64,000 nt of DNA from Balanoglossus misakiensis (Eukaryota > Animalia > Hemichordata), in contig CM082580.2 of the NCBI GenBank assembly GCA_040954595.2, positions 4,020,783 to 4,084,782 of the forward strand, read 5' to 3'. Both the position numbers and the translations under genes were made by a program. Shown here piece by piece: positions 49,218 through 63,971 of this stretch. The notes beneath the pieces were generated by a model, which saw only the letters and a list, made by a program, of their open reading frames with translations, was not told the DNA's origin and searched no databases. Position 1 is the first letter of the stretch. Each line of letters opens with the position of its first letter.

Positions 49218-49462
49218 GCAAATTGATGCACTATCAAGAATCCCCCACATTTGGTGATTTGGTACAAGTACAGTGAAACAGTTTCAAAATCAAATATGCT
49301 ATCATTGTTGCTAAAATCTGTAATCTATACATAACCATGAGTGATGGTAACATCATGTAGATTATCCAAATCATTTTTTTGGGGTCAATATCATCCTTAT
49401 ATAGTATTTGGTTGTTTTATTTTCAGGTTATTTCTGAATTTTTGACAGCGCAGTTAACCAGT

Positions 49463-52400
49463 ATGGCAGGACACCGAGATCACAAGAGAGACAGTCTTGG
49501 TGGTGGAGATGACGCAGCCTTTGCAGCCCAAGCCACTGCAAATCGAATCGCCGCTGCCTTCTTTGAGAAATTCGAACGGGCCGAAGTGCAAGAAATGCTA
49601 GCGTACACTTCGTACCATTGGTACCTCTCAGCCGATGAATTTAAAGTGCCCATAGATCCCCCGAAGGGCTTAGTAGCGTCGATGAAACCGGTATCAGAAA
49701 ACCACGTGGTCTTTCTGATGCCGGTGCGCGACGACATACAACCGTTAGATTTTAGAGAAATTCACCAAATTGTCCGCGAGTTAGTGATCGGGATCTATTG
49801 CCTCAATCAAACGCCGTGCATATCGTTAGACGCTAACTTCGATCAGAGTACATCGTGTCAGCTGCCCCCGGCTTACAATGACACGAGGGTCGGCCAGCTG
49901 CTGATCAATGTAGACTATATGATGAAAGCACTGTGGCATGGCGCCTATTTCCCCAAAGAAAAGCGTACCAAGTTTTCGGAGCGTTGGCGTTCTAACCTGG
50001 ACGTCAATGCCAATGGCAAGCCTGAAACTAAGAAGACCATACTGACAGAATTCACAGCTGCAGGTTGGTGGAGTAGTATGTCTTAGTAGTTCCCTCTTGC
50101 CGTGCCGTGCTCTGGTGTGCTCCAAGCATGTATTTTTTGTCAAACCCTCTGTTCACCCCAATGCATGCTGTTTGTCAATAATATTCAATACTGTGGATTC
50201 ATGTGCTGCTCGTAACTGGCACATTGATGCTTGCTACATGTTAAACACTTTGGTGTCTAGCGGACGACGCACAAAATATTTTGAACTAATTTTTATTTTT
50301 TTTCATTTCTAAATGCAAAGCCCGAGTCGAACAAGACTCTAGTTGCATGAAATATTTTATTTTGACTTGAAAAGAGAAATCACATATTACTGCTTTTGTC
50401 TATTTTGTTTATTAGTTCATCATTGACCTTTTTATTTTTGTGTCGGTAATTATACTTAATTATAAAAACTGCAAATTTCTTACTGCTGAGAAACAGTTTA
50501 TTTTATTAGTTTTGCAAATCTTATTATTTTGTTTCATGCATTTTGAATTAAGTTTTGAATGGATTTCTTTGCAAATAACATCCTTCAGTTTTTATTTCTT
50601 ATTTGTCTTCCTGAATCCACAGTATTGAATATTGTTTTGTGTGTTTCTCCACTAAAATCATCAAGTGATCTCAGTGCTTCACTCATCATATAAACATTAT
50701 CCCTAGTCATAAACCCTCATTTGTGATTATTTTGTGTGATCACTTTTTTGTGTGTGACTGAGTTGAAATGACCAAAATATTTGCCTGTGCTTATCCAATA
50801 CGTTTCCTTGGCGAACACGCGGATTGTCTTTAGAAATGATTTGGATAATTATTCTGCCTCTCGTCGATAATAAAGCCAGGCGTGACTGAAAGCATCAAAT
50901 CACCTAGTGTTCAATATATCAATTCAAGAAAAAAGGTTGGCGATCATGAATGATCATGACAGTTGGATATTTATACGAGATGACTGACTGCTTTGTTATC
51001 AAACGTACCCTGTTCAAAGACCTCTGTATTAAAGATCGTCCTTTATGCAGAAAATTAAGAATATTAAAGCAGCATACAAGATATGCTACTGTCTTTTCAT
51101 CAGTTGTGATAATAAAATGCGAAATGGTGGACAAGAGGCCCTCATTTTAATGGGAAACACTTGGTATAAAGCCCTGGGATTACCTTGTCAACATTGTTAT
51201 AAATTCAATCAAGTTATTTATAGGGATCGGCTGTTGCTATGGAAACGTACCCAAACAAATGTCTGTGAACGCTGTACGTTTAACTGTAATGATAGTTGTA
51301 CAGAAATCTTTGGTAAAGGTTATGTTGATCGAAAATTCTACACCCAATGGAAATTCAAGAGTTTGAAGTCATCATTGTAACTATGGTGAAAATGGTTTAA
51401 AAAACAGGGATTTAAAACAGAATTCTATGTGGGATTCATATAAGGGATGGCACCGAGCCAGTAAGTCTACAGCAGCTCTGTTACTACTAGCTGTGAATGA
51501 AATGCACAGATAGCAACACATACTGGGGTTTACCTCATTATGATGACATTGTGGAATGCACAAAAGGGTTAGGGTGAAAAAAGGTGAGCGCGACAAAGCA
51601 TGTACTGTCTCAGTGGACAGTGGTGTCTAAGATACCCACAGGTGTTTCCAAACTTTTTTTTAAATTGATTTATTTCTAGTATTAAGTGCTGACATGACAG
51701 CCAAGAGTGTTTTTTGAATCTATTTGAAAAAGAAAAAATTCTGTTCTTTAAACCACTTTTATTAAATGAAATGAACGTTTGAAAGATTTTTAATTCAATG
51801 AAGTTATGGTACATGTAAATTGTATATGCTAAGTATGCCATCATTTCTCAAACAGTTTTGAGTACATTCAATGAAGGCATGATTTTCTCATAATTAGTTA
51901 CAGCCCTAAATGGCAGATGAAAGAATTGATATCCAACTGGCATTCAACAGTCATTTGTTCTGTAGGATTGTGGTATTTTGACTAAAGCACAACCCAGATT
52001 GAATTGATTGAAGTTTTCGATTTAAGATTTTATTGCGCGTTTTGGTCATAAATATTACATGTGTTTGTTTTTTCATTACCTTGTTTTAATTGCATGGTGC
52101 ATGGTGTTGAAAATTTGCTGTGGTGTCCTTATAACAGTGTTAACATTGTAATGTTTTAATAATAGGGTTCATTGGTGTCAAGAGGTAAGTAGGCATCTTT
52201 TGCGCGCATTAATGTGAGGAATAACGTTGATTGGCTGTTGTTGCAGGTATGCTGGATATCAGCAAAGATCCGGACTATGCCGGCATCTACGGCGACATGA
52301 AGTTCTTTCCCATGAGCGAGCACGAATCCATGGAGGACAAGAAACTCTTCTTCCATCACGTCGACGACATCTCCATGCAGATGATCCTCAGCCAGGAGTG

Positions 52401-55400
52401 CGTGGAGCAACACCACAACATGTTCGTGATCAACGCCGACTACAAGATCACCAACGTGGTCCGGATGGCCGAGGATAAGATCGACCGGGACTCGTACGAG
52501 CGTCTTCAGACCAGACTCTTAGTCCACCAGGAGGAGATCAAGAAGTACGTGGAGGCCAAGCCGGAGGTCAGGAGGAACATTCACCTGCTGCGCTTTGTAA
52601 GTTTCATGGTGCCGTTTCTGATGGGGATGAAGAAGAGGAATAAAGTGCCCGATGTGAACAGATTGGTTACTCCATTGACAGGTGAGTGTCTCAGTCATTA
52701 CATGTATGATAACATCCTTGCATGTCGACATTCCATGCATGGTAACTGGTAGAAATCCACACCAACTTGAACTTCAGATGTCTTGCATGGCTTGACCCCG
52801 TTCACCAGGTGTGTGAATCAAATCAGAAAGTGATTTCATATTGACCGTTCTAATTGCATTCAGATGAAAACATTGTAGGTAATAAAACTTAGCAGCCACA
52901 AAACTACATTGATTCTAACCATTTTAAAATAAACTATCCAATAAATATGACACTTTAGCCGGTTATTAAGAGTTCAATCTTGTGTATACACTGTCTTAAT
53001 GCAGTATCATGGTGAAAAAGTCTTGTGAAGAGATACCCACTAGTCGATCAGGTGCCTGACACTTATGTCTGTGAGAATTCATTTGGAATGAGCACCAAAT
53101 CAAGAGTGTGAAATGCTTTTAATATCATGTAAATTGCAACGTGGTAAAACAGTTACTTTATAAAATAGAAAGTACAATGCATATGACATGTTACAGTGTT
53201 ACATTGCATTGTCTACATGTACAATACATGTATGTTTCCACAACTGACTTGCCAGTGAAGTTCTCAGCGGTTGTCCACAGTAACTATAGCTATTATTGTA
53301 TGCCAAGTAGAGACAGTTGCACCTCATTGACAATGTACACATCACCATTCATGAATGACTCTTCACTCCCTCAATTCAATGACCCTTGTTTACGGTGGCA
53401 CAAAAGTTGCTCCTGTGTTTACAACAGTGTACAATGTCAATAGCTTGAATCTATTCTACTTGTGAGAACCTGTCAGGATTGACAAACCTATTCAACCTAT
53501 GTAATTTGAAGGTGAAGTGCATATCTTAAAGGGACAAAGTCTCTCTCGCTGCCCTTTTTCCAGTAATTATGTTTTATACAAGACACCGTTCATGTTATTC
53601 TACATATGGATATATAGTGAATCAACGTTCGACCACACACAACTTCCATCCCATTTGTAGACACAAGAGTGAAAAACTCGCCAAAATAAATAATCAGTGT
53701 TTACCATTTATTCATTTTGGCGAGATTTTTACTTTCATATCCTACAAACAGAACAAGCTGATTACTGTGTTCTGTACTGATTTGTGTTTGAAATTGTTAA
53801 TTTCATTTCATTTCATTTCATTTCACACACAGTTCTAGGATTATTTTCTGGAATTTTTTATCGTAAAATTGCCATCTTGAAACTTTGTCACCAAACACAT
53901 TAATTAAAGCTACAGGCTCCATTGTATCCTTCCACGCAAAAATCTTTTGCATGATAAGATAACCCTGTCATCATTTTATTATTGCACGCCAGAGCTTGTT
54001 AATCCCAATAACAATGTAGATCGTAAGTTACAATCTATGATATACTGTTTGACCTCTGACCTTAGTCTAAGATCTAACATCTTATACATATCCATATTGT
54101 GTTTGCTGTGCGTTTGTAGTGTCTGTATTAACGCCATCTTTCCTCCACTTGTATGGTATTTTGCTAACAATAATGTCGCCATTATGCAATCATAGTATTT
54201 CAATTATTCAGCTTTTAGACATAGATCAGTTGCTAGGCAACAGTGGCAAGTAAATTCAGTCCAATCTTACTGCTGCAAAATTTCAATGAGTTGCTGTCCT
54301 CTCATTCTGTTCTTTTAAACTAAAATATTTTCTTTTCTGACTTTGATTCTGTTTCTGCATTGGATACATGTATTTAATGAATGGCTGCATTTAAAATGGC
54401 TTTTTGTTAATAACATAGTACACAACTGCAACGTAGAAATCTCTTTAATTTTCAGATTACATGGGTAATGGATTTTCCTCTTGATTCATAATTAAATGAG
54501 AATCGTTATGTTCATATTGGCATAAACAAATGTTTACTGATTCAACATGGGGTGATCAAACAGCTTTTCCATTTCTCACTAATTGATTCATGTACCTCGT
54601 TAATTGCACTGCCAGTTGCCAAGGTTACATTTGTGATGTCTGTGGAAAAAAATAGCAGTACAGTGATCCAAACACAAATGTGAGAATTAGATCTAGAAGA
54701 AATTTGAAAATGACTGAAAAAGCAGATATCACATGCTGAAAAAAATAGTGCCACTCCTAAAAAATTCTGTAATCATGTTACTTCTTCAGTGTTTAATAGT
54801 GGCATTAAAATATATTGCCAGCACCGATTCTACTTACTATGAATATCATACCAATAACTTATATTGTGTCAGAGTTTGCCAGTTACTGTAGCTACAATTA
54901 AGAAAACATCAAAATACATTAATTTTGACATCAGATTATTAAAGGGACACAAAAGCCCAGCTAATTTTCATACCCGGCATTTCCATGATCTCAAATACCT
55001 ATTTAACAAATCCTGACTTGTATGGCGTTCATATATGCTCGCATTGCTAAGATCGGCACTGCGTATATCTTGGTGAAATAGTGTGCGTTCTGTGATTAAT
55101 CCAATAATAATGATATTGGTTTTTTTTCCCCCTCTAGCGGATGAGTGTAGGACAGAGCGAGAACTGCCTCCGTTGATGTTGAGCAAAGATTTCAAGTGTA
55201 CCAACTTTGAGTTTCTCACCAAATACTTCCATTTACACGGTGGCATTCAGATAGATAATGAACCCTGGCCTATCAACGATCCACCACAAGAGATCATTGA
55301 TGCGTTCGAAGAAATCCATCTCCAGGCCTCAGCTCACCTTGCCAAGATCACAGATCCAGAGGCGCCCTACCAGGACAGCTTCCCAATCCCCGTCAGAGAA

Positions 55401-58400
55401 TTCAATGGCAAAAAGTAAGCATTCTCTGGGATTTTCCTAATATTTCTCATCTTCAGAACATTAACATTTAACTACAGTCAGAAGACTCAAAGTTTTAGTA
55501 TCAAGGGGTTCGATGTATTTTTAAAGTGCGTAGCTCGTCTCACGCGCATGCGCGTAACTTCCCAGCAAATTTTCCGTTCGATGCATTCAAATAGTGGACT
55601 GCCTTCGCTTCCTTCCATATTTCATGTGCACCGTATAAGTAGATTCTGGTTTTGTCCCTCCTTTTCACCCAAGCTAGTGTCTTTTCCCGATCTCCGACAC
55701 AGTCTATGGTCGCTGCCATCTTGTGTGAACACTGCCTTATGGGATTGACTGTTCACTAAACGTCTGTAACCAGCGGCTACAGTTGGAACATGCGTGTGAG
55801 ACGAGCTACGCGCTTTAATAATAAAATTTGAGGGATAAATACAGGTGACATTCTGTCTATGGTGTGGGTAGGGATGACCCCTTCCTTTTGAGTTCAAATA
55901 CTGCTTTGTTCTTAGTCTTTATTGAAATGGCACCGTAGACAGAGATGTCAAGATATGTTAGGACATGCATACATGTATTATAAATTCCCATTAAAGACTT
56001 GCCTCCCTTGATTTGACAACCAGATTAGATCTGTTGCTCAGATGCAAGCAGACACTTTCAGTATTTTAATAGTATTTGAAGCATTGTTGAAGTGAAATGG
56101 TCACGTGACTGGGACAGATCCCACTGATAAGAAACAGCCCTCTTTGACATTTTCTCACAACTCTTGTACTTGGTCCTCAACACAAATCACCTTTCTCTTC
56201 ATTGCATAGGTACTTTCTTTTGACTTTTCGAAATGACTCGTCCCAGTTAGTGAATATCATTGGTTCAGGCAAATAAATATATTTGTTTATTTTTTTTTCA
56301 AAATCAGAGCCAAATTAATAGATGTTTGTATGAATGAGATTAATAGCTTACAAGGCATGTCAGAATCAGAAAGAAATTTTAGTCAACAGTACTCTACTTT
56401 CCCTTGAAATAAAACAATATACCTGGTAAAATATGTATTTGCAGTTGAATGACTCAAATAGACTTCTTTTTCCTATTTATGTCAGACATTTCAACCTTCT
56501 CACCTGTACTTTTTGGTTCAATCCATTGTTTTCATCACCATGAAATTTGGACCAATTTATACTAGGATGTCTAACGAGTTTAAATGTGTATTTCAGAGGC
56601 GACTGTTGACCTCTCGTCCCTTATAACATAATTCTACTCCCAGCTAATCTATGAAATTCAAGCTGTACTACTTCAATATTTGTTACTCATGTCACGTACC
56701 CGTGTGTGGAAATCCAGGTCGGACAGTTTCTTAACGATAAATGCATTCAAGTAGAGTTTGAATAGGAAGCTATTCTGAAACTGTTCATGGCTCATCAGTC
56801 ACGTCTGACCTGTGTGACCTGTTACTGAACATCGTGTCATTCCATAAAGCCACACTAACAAACAGAAACACAACCCTTGAAAATATCTGAGCAAGCATGA
56901 TTCAGACAGTGACGAGGAAAAGACAAAAGGATACTGTAAAACAGGTTATTTTCGCGAGCAATACATTTTTGTGGGATACGCGAGAGCCCCCCAAAAAAGT
57001 GAAAATAAAAAGTCGCGTAAAATGTTTTTCGGAGATAACTATCCAGAAAAAATAAGAGAACGCGAAAATTAATCCTTACGTAACAGTTGCGGGCATTGAT
57101 ATCGCGCACATTTTCTGTCGCGAAAATAACCCGTTTCACAGAACTACGTAGTACCCAAAAGGTGCTTTTTTGGATAAGTCTTAGTGTATGAAAAGGAATT
57201 TTTGAAAAGTGTATTGATTATTTTGTTTGTTGTGGTCCTGTCTCTGAAAATGTAAAAGTTGATATTTTGTTGTGACGTGGCTTTCAGATGGTCGAGTGGA
57301 GATGTTCCCATTTATACTATTGTGTTCAACAAAACAGTGTGTTATATAATGGGTCTGCAGGTGACCAGAGATAACATACTAAATCTTCTCTGGCATTCTT
57401 GTCAAAACATTTGCTCTTTAATCAATAGAGATAGTGGATGTAAGCACCTTCCCATTTTCACCCGCTTTTTTTTTAAGTGTTCAACTCCATCAACTAACAG
57501 TTAGTCATTAATCTGTAGAAAACAAGGAAAAAGGAACTTTCTCGTTTAATTCAGATTCCCGTTTCTCGTTTACGCCCCATTGTCTGTACAAATAACAACT
57601 GTTGAAGTGGAGAAAAACAAAACGCTGGCATAAATCCCATGGCTTAATTTGTCTAGAGGCACTGAAGTAGATGAAGTGTGAATCATTGCATATAACTGCT
57701 GGCAACTAGCCAGTGTGAAAATCCAATTGTTGCCATCTCTGATCAGGTGTGTTCATTTCACTGCCGTCAACTCTGATCATTTTCTGCTGCAAATCTCTAA
57801 CTTTCTTTATTGACACTTGTGGCAGTGTACGACTTCATGAAATTAGTGTTTTTTTGGTTCCTGAGACAACTATGCACCTGGTTGTATTGATTGTATTGAT
57901 CTGGAGGGCTACAATTGGATGGATGACTAGTTTAGTATTTTAAAGGGATAAAGTTGCAACCTTTTTGATGCTACGAGTATTTTATCTTTTCTTTTTGCGT
58001 CTTTTGTGAGAATGTTTGTTTTTGTGTTTTGAAAATTCTGGTATTTGAATGTCCCATTTCTAATATAATATCTGGAAAAAAAGTCTTGGCAAAGTGAAAG
58101 AACTCTAATCTTACCAGCCAGTGTCAGACAATAAATGTGAAAAACAACAAACACTAAAAATGACAAAAAGCAGGCAGGAAAAATCAATACTTTCAAACTT
58201 TGTCCAGTCTAACTTTATTTCTGTACTCTTTTTGATTCCCAGGTACTATGTGATAGCCATGGACTTTGAGACCTATTACCCCCAGTCGCCACAGAAACCA
58301 TTATGGGTACACGCTTTCTATGAGAAAATCAAAGAATTGAAACCAAAGAGATTACCACTCACTGATGTACATATGCACGAACAGTTCAAGAAGAGATATG

Positions 58401-61400
58401 GTGTCAAACGAGCCATCAAGAACAAGGTAAAAGTTTTATCAACTAATCAGTCGTCCAAAAACAGTAATATTAGTGGTAATAGGTTTCTGATAGCCTATGC
58501 GACTTTTGTGATTGCAAGTCCCACCAGTTGATTGATACTTCAGATGTCGTCATGGATTTATCAAATTAAAATCAAATGTGTTTAGATAACAGCAACTTTT
58601 CTGATTTTGGATGATTTTAACAAATGACAGGTGTAAGCAGAATAGCATCACTGTCATGGTGAGGGCGAGTTATGACAATGGCAATATCAAAAACTTTGAC
58701 AGCAGTGTCCTGGAAATTCCTTGACATAACTGGTGTTAGCAAATAGAGATCAAGCCAATCACCGATTTTCAGTGGGTGGCACACACGAAAAAAGTGCGCC
58801 ACCACATGTTCTTTGGAACACTCAGATACACCATTTTCGCCATATATGGGCATTTGTAAATTGGAGGTGACCGTATACCTTTAAAGTCCCAGCTGAACTT
58901 TTTCATTTAATAAAATTCTACCTTTTTTTTCACACATCATTCTCAGAACATCCAAATAGGATTGAAGTCTTGCGCGCTGAGAGGACTGGTTTCCATGCTG
59001 GCAACCTTAGTGAGGAAGACGCCTGGATCGCGCATCAGCAAGCAAGATGAGAATGGCTTCTCTCTGATGCATCATGCAGCCATTCAGAATAAACCACAGA
59101 TTATCTCGTTGCTGATTATACAGGGACAGGATCTGAATGTCAGAAGAAATAATAATATCTTGTCAACAGGTAAGTGTGTTTGACTGTCTCATCTCGCAAA
59201 CTCTGTTTTGAGCCTTGGAGGTTTTGGAGTATGTGCATCCACGGGTCTAGCTGTAGTTGGCCCCTTAGCAATAATGAAATTTCTTTCAGCATGTCTCGTG
59301 GAAGATCTGTATTTATATCAGGCCGTAGTTTATTCCACAGTTTGCCTTCTTGTCATGCTGATATGAAAACCTCTAAAATATGTCCTAAAGCTTTGCCATA
59401 ATTTTAGAATTCTACAAAGTATTAAAGCTATGTGGTTGATGTGTTACAAAGTGATGTTTTAATGCTTGTTAATTTTTTTGCATTTGTTTTTTTATTCTTA
59501 AGGTGATGTCAAGTATTCATTCTTGTTTTTATAAGGTTATCTTGTCTTTGAATGATATTTGATTTAATTTGGTTAATTAATTGCCTTCATTATTTCTAAT
59601 TTGTCATCAATTTTGCATGCATTTACATAGCTTATTCATTAGGTAAGGAAATCCCCAAAAGTCCACCTACGGGTATGTTGGAGTGCATTTTATCACACAC
59701 ACCTTTGGTTATTATAGCATGAGCATGTAATGTGTTTGGTGCACGGTCAGTCAGTCACACAGCGGTACAAGAGTGAAGGCAAAATTGCCTGTTATCTGCC
59801 CACCCACACATACACACACACACATATGCTCACACACATACATGCACATGCGCACGCACACACCCACATAGACACACACACACACATGCATACATACACA
59901 CACACATTGCATGGCATGTTATTATACACATCATGGCTCAAGGCATGACAGGAAAGGCACCTTGACTTTAAACTGCACTGTCTGGTGCAAAATGTTTGTA
60001 AGGTGTGTACATATTTGCATTCACAACATTTGAAAATAAGAGCATGGATTTTTTCACTTTTTTGTCTCTTTGATTTTGAATTTATGCATGTGTTGTATCG
60101 TAGACAGTAGCTTCTTTTTGTCTCTGTATGGTTCTTTTCTGAGTTGTTTTGATCAAATAGTTATTTTTTGATCTTTATGGCACTCATTTATCTTGCAAGA
60201 CTGTAAATTATGGGTAACCGGGATTGCTTTTTTATGCACTGCGTGAAAGTTCTACATTTTACAAAACAGGGCTGGATATCATGAATCATTTCATATTCAA
60301 AACTTTAACATGCATAAAATCTTTCACACAATCATGAACTGGACACTATATGCACTGAATTTTGTACTATACATTTGGTTGTTTTTTTTATTTTGAATAT
60401 TCATCATTCAAAAACTCAGAAATTGACCAGTATTTTGTCGTTTAATATTTTTGCAAATGAGACTGCAAACTAGATTAGAGCATGGTGATATGAAAAGCTG
60501 CACACTCAGAAATAGGCATGGTGGCAGTATGTGATCAAGGGTTTTGCTGTGATACATTGCACACACATTGACATCAACACAGTCATCTGCAAATTCAAGA
60601 GCGCAGTGTTCCTGCACATACCACAGCACGGAGTATTTTCTCAGTTAATCTCCCAGATGTTAATTTTCATGATAAATTGTTCGGCATACCTCTTTACTCA
60701 TAATTTCAAAATATTATTAGGTATAGAACATTTTCCTCACCTGAATTTTGAAAGCAAAGGTTGTTTAGGCAAAAGATTGTTATCAAAATTTTATTACTAC
60801 AGGTACTTTTTCTGTACAGTACATACATGTATTTAGCACATTTGTTTTTGTTGGTGTTATGATCTACAACACCTGTATTAAAAATTGTCCTCTTTGTTTT
60901 GAGAAAAGTGAAGTGATTTTCACACCTAACCTCAACCTATCTCACACTGTAAAAACAAACTCAGTGTTACTGTTTGACTTCAATTTTGAAGGTGGTGCAT
61001 GTGTATATACTAATATAGACATCTGATATTTTTTTTTAAACATATAAATGACCCAAAATATGATTGTGTTTTTCCTTGACAGGACCAACCCCGTTGCATC
61101 TAGCGTCGAGGTGTGGCTCACTGGACTCGGCCGCATGTTTGATTGGCAATAAGGCTGACATGTATCTAACTGACCAAGACGGTTGGGCAGCTATACATCA
61201 TGCAGCCTTTTATGACCATGAAGGCATTGTGCGTCACTTTGCTCGCAAATGGATCGATCAGATCGAGTTGGAGACCATGAATCAGTATGTAGTAGTGTCG
61301 GAGCTTCGATCGCTGCAGTCGTGTGGTCTGCTGCGGTTTTTGTTGCTGCGTTTGAAATCACACAGTGTGGAGTGTTGTTAAACTGCAGTGTTGTGAACTT

Positions 61401-63971
61401 TAATGTTGGCAATGCGTGCCTCTCACATATTTGTTTAAAATACAGCATCAGCAGCTTTGCCTACCTGAATAAGCTTTTTATCGCATGCTTAAGGGGTCTC
61501 TACCTGAAGTAGCTATTCATCGCCTGCTTAAGGGGTCTCTACCTGAAGTAGCTTTTCACCGCATGCCTAAGAGGTCTCCCTGTCATAGGACTTTGAAGTT
61601 ATCACTATATTTAAAATGAAAATATTTTACAGAACTCAATCCAAATTTTTAAGCATTTCCCTTTTTATGATAAGAAATTTCACTAACCCTGAAATTTAAC
61701 TTAATTCCCCCACTTCATTTCAAAGTCAACATTTAAATTCTAGATTTGACCGTAGATTTGTAGAGATTTCAACAAGTAGCATTTGTCATAAACTTGGGCT
61801 GTTAAGCGATTTTAGAGTGTTTACTTTTGGAAAGGTTATTTAATATATTTGATACCATGATGTATATAATACAATGATTGGCAATCTTTAAGAAAAAATT
61901 ATTGCAGGAATGAGTGTAGGTCATGACATGAAAAAAGACAGTCAAAGTACTATTGACATTCAAAGTATTATTAAGACACACATTTACACTGTGACACACA
62001 TGCATGCATAAAAAGCTTACAAGACAAATATAAAGTACAGTGTTCCATTGATATAAGGCTTTGCCATAATGTTGGAGGAATAGTAAACTGTAAACAGGCA
62101 AAAAATTAATTTTGTTTAAATTGTTATTGCTATTAACATTAATGTAATCATTAATTTATAACTTTGCACTGATATAATATGTATATCCGTATATAATAGA
62201 AAATAATATTTGATAAATAATTTTAAGTAAATGTTGTAGACGTTTTATCTTTGGATGTTACCATAGTAATTTGATGATGATGTCATAGCACTCACATACA
62301 TAACCACCACATAATATGTGTCTTACAAGTATACATACCCCATCCCAATAACAAACCCTACCCTACCCCAGCACAGTTAACATTACTCAGGACTAACACA
62401 TCACCGGGTTTTGGGAAAGACAAAAGTTGTTCATTCAGTTAAATATTTGTGGTATTCCCATTCGGGTTTGTTGATCGTTTTTCTAAAAAACAACTGCTGA
62501 AATACAATTTCCATCAAGCTTTTACCAAAAGTGATTTATGAAATTTGATACTATTGTGATTTCACTTTTTAAAGGGACAAAGTCTCTCTCTCGCTGCCCT
62601 TATACAAGACACCGTTTATGTTATTCTACGTGTGGATATATAGTGAATCAGCGTTTGGTTCGACCACACACAACTTCCATCCAACTTGTAGACACGAGAG
62701 TGAAAAACTCACCATATAAATGAATAATCGGTCTCTACCGTTTATTCATTTTGACGAGAAAATGGCAGCGAGAGAGGGACTTTGTCCCTTTAATGGTAAT
62801 AGCACTGTCGTAGAAAGTTGGAATCACCACATCTTGAATGTCTATAGAGTGGGGAAATCTGCACCATAGATTGTCTAACATCCTTACACAATACTCACCA
62901 GTTACAACACAACATGAATTGTGACAAAGCTTTATCACAGAATGGTTTGCTGTTTTTTTCTTCTGATTTCACGAGTGGAGTGAGTTGGTGTGCTTCATCT
63001 ACCGAGTCTGCACTCACAAGTTCTGACTGAAATCCTCTCAAAAAAGTTCTCGCGATTCTTTTGTTGAACTTGTGTTGTGGACCCAGTAGCAAGTGTTCTG
63101 ACTAACCGTACACTTTACTCCTGATATCAGAATTCACAGACTGACACACTTCCACACAGATACAGCAATATTGCTAGAGAGAATCATCATCTAACCACAC
63201 ACGTCTCTGATTTTTGCTCCCGACCAAAATGTAGCGTGAGGCAAACCCCGCTGTTACTAGCAGCTAGCAGCGGTGCCCTTGACAGTGTTAAGGTTCTGAT
63301 TGAACTCGGAGCGCAGATCAAGAAACGGGATTTGGAGGGCAATAACATGATCCACTTGGCCGCTCTGAGATTCAACACCAATGTGCTGGAGTTCTTCATA
63401 GAGTGGAACCACCCTGATGTACCAGTGTGGAGAACTTTAGTAGGTGAGTCTGCAACACAGAGAATGTCCTCCCATACCAGCGCGAACCCCACTGCAGTTG
63501 CCACAACCTACTAGGATCTTCAGTTGCTGTCATGCCCAGTCTACGCTACAGTTAGCTGCTTCGCTCATTCTGAGAATTATCTAATTTCAGGAATTTGTGG
63601 ATAAATTGTAATGTTTATAAACAAACAAACGCGGCGCGACGACCTCTTCATGTTAATATCCTGAAGTCTGTTGCTTCATATTCGTAGCAGAGAAAGTGTT
63701 AACAATGATGACTTGTGGGTGATGTTTTGCATTGAGAGGTTTCGAACATCTTGACTTACATAGGCCAGCATATACTTTTTGAGTAGTCCCCACCTCAAAT
63801 TGATTGAGTGTTCCCACATGTGAGAATCATTGGTTCAGAAGTTTGAAATATTGTTTATCTTCGCAGAAATGATGACATCAAACGATCTGCACAAAATTGA
63901 CAGTGCGGTCAGATCACTAGAGATCCTCTCAACTTCCAAGGCTGGACACTGGAAAGCTATCCTTACTGCAG
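49463..63971 (+). CDS. ANKAR: Ankyrin and armadillo repeat-containing protein, 5' part, continues beyond the window; exons 49463-50063, 52247-52681, 55138-55414, 58243-58426, 58947-59169, 61083-61284, 63235-63443, 63867-63971
   Basis: AFFEKFERAEVQE...IGIYCLNQTPCISLDANFDQSTSCQLPPAYNDTRVGQLLINVDYMMKALWHG matches the ANKAR N-terminus as I recall it; ankyrin repeats follow (GPTPLHLAS, QTPLLLAA). Probable non-coding first exon with donor CAG|GTGAGT at 48283 and acceptor before 49427. Confidence 0.93.
53526..53750. mobile_element. MITE family A copy in an ANKAR intron
   Basis: TTAAAGGGACAAAGTCTCTCTCGCTGCCC start with a shared body. Confidence 0.8.
55521..55818. mobile_element. TTAA-flanked MITE family B, second copy
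   Basis: TIRs AGTGCGTAGCTCGTCTCACGCGCATG / CATGCGTGTGAGACGAGCTACGCGCT; core GCATTCAAA..AGTGGACTGCCTTC..TTTCCCGATCTCCGACACAG shared with the 14077 copy. Confidence 0.8.
56932..57140. mobile_element. MITE family D copy (reverse orientation)
   Basis: Reverse complement of the family D body, with TIRs. Confidence 0.75.
58745..58884. mobile_element. MITE family C, partial copy
   Basis: GCCAATCAC..GATTTTCAGTGGGTGGCACAC...GGTGACCGTATACCTTTAA shared with the 34130 copy. Confidence 0.7.
59802..59906. repeat. Degenerate (CA)n microsatellite
   Basis: CACACATACACACACACATATG... purine-pyrimidine alternation. Confidence 0.85.
61461..61578. repeat. ~39-bp minisatellite, about 3 units
   Basis: Unit GCTWTTYATCGCMTGCTTAAGGGGTCTCTACCTGAAGTA is repeated. 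Confidence 0.85.
62569..62793. mobile_element. MITE family A, internally deleted copy with both termini
   Basis: TTAAAGGGACAAAGTC...GACTTTGTCCCTTTAA. Confidence 0.85.

Noticed and set aside
48934-49221. Recurrent similar ORFs ([20 protein letters not shown]) at 8722, 39593, 48934, 53569 and 62538
   Set aside because: They are translations of the non-coding foldback MITE, not a gene family.
61461-61578. Regularly spaced ~39-bp repeats as a possible CRISPR-like array
   Set aside because: Head-to-tail units with no unique spacers, in a eukaryotic intron with no cas genes; a minisatellite.
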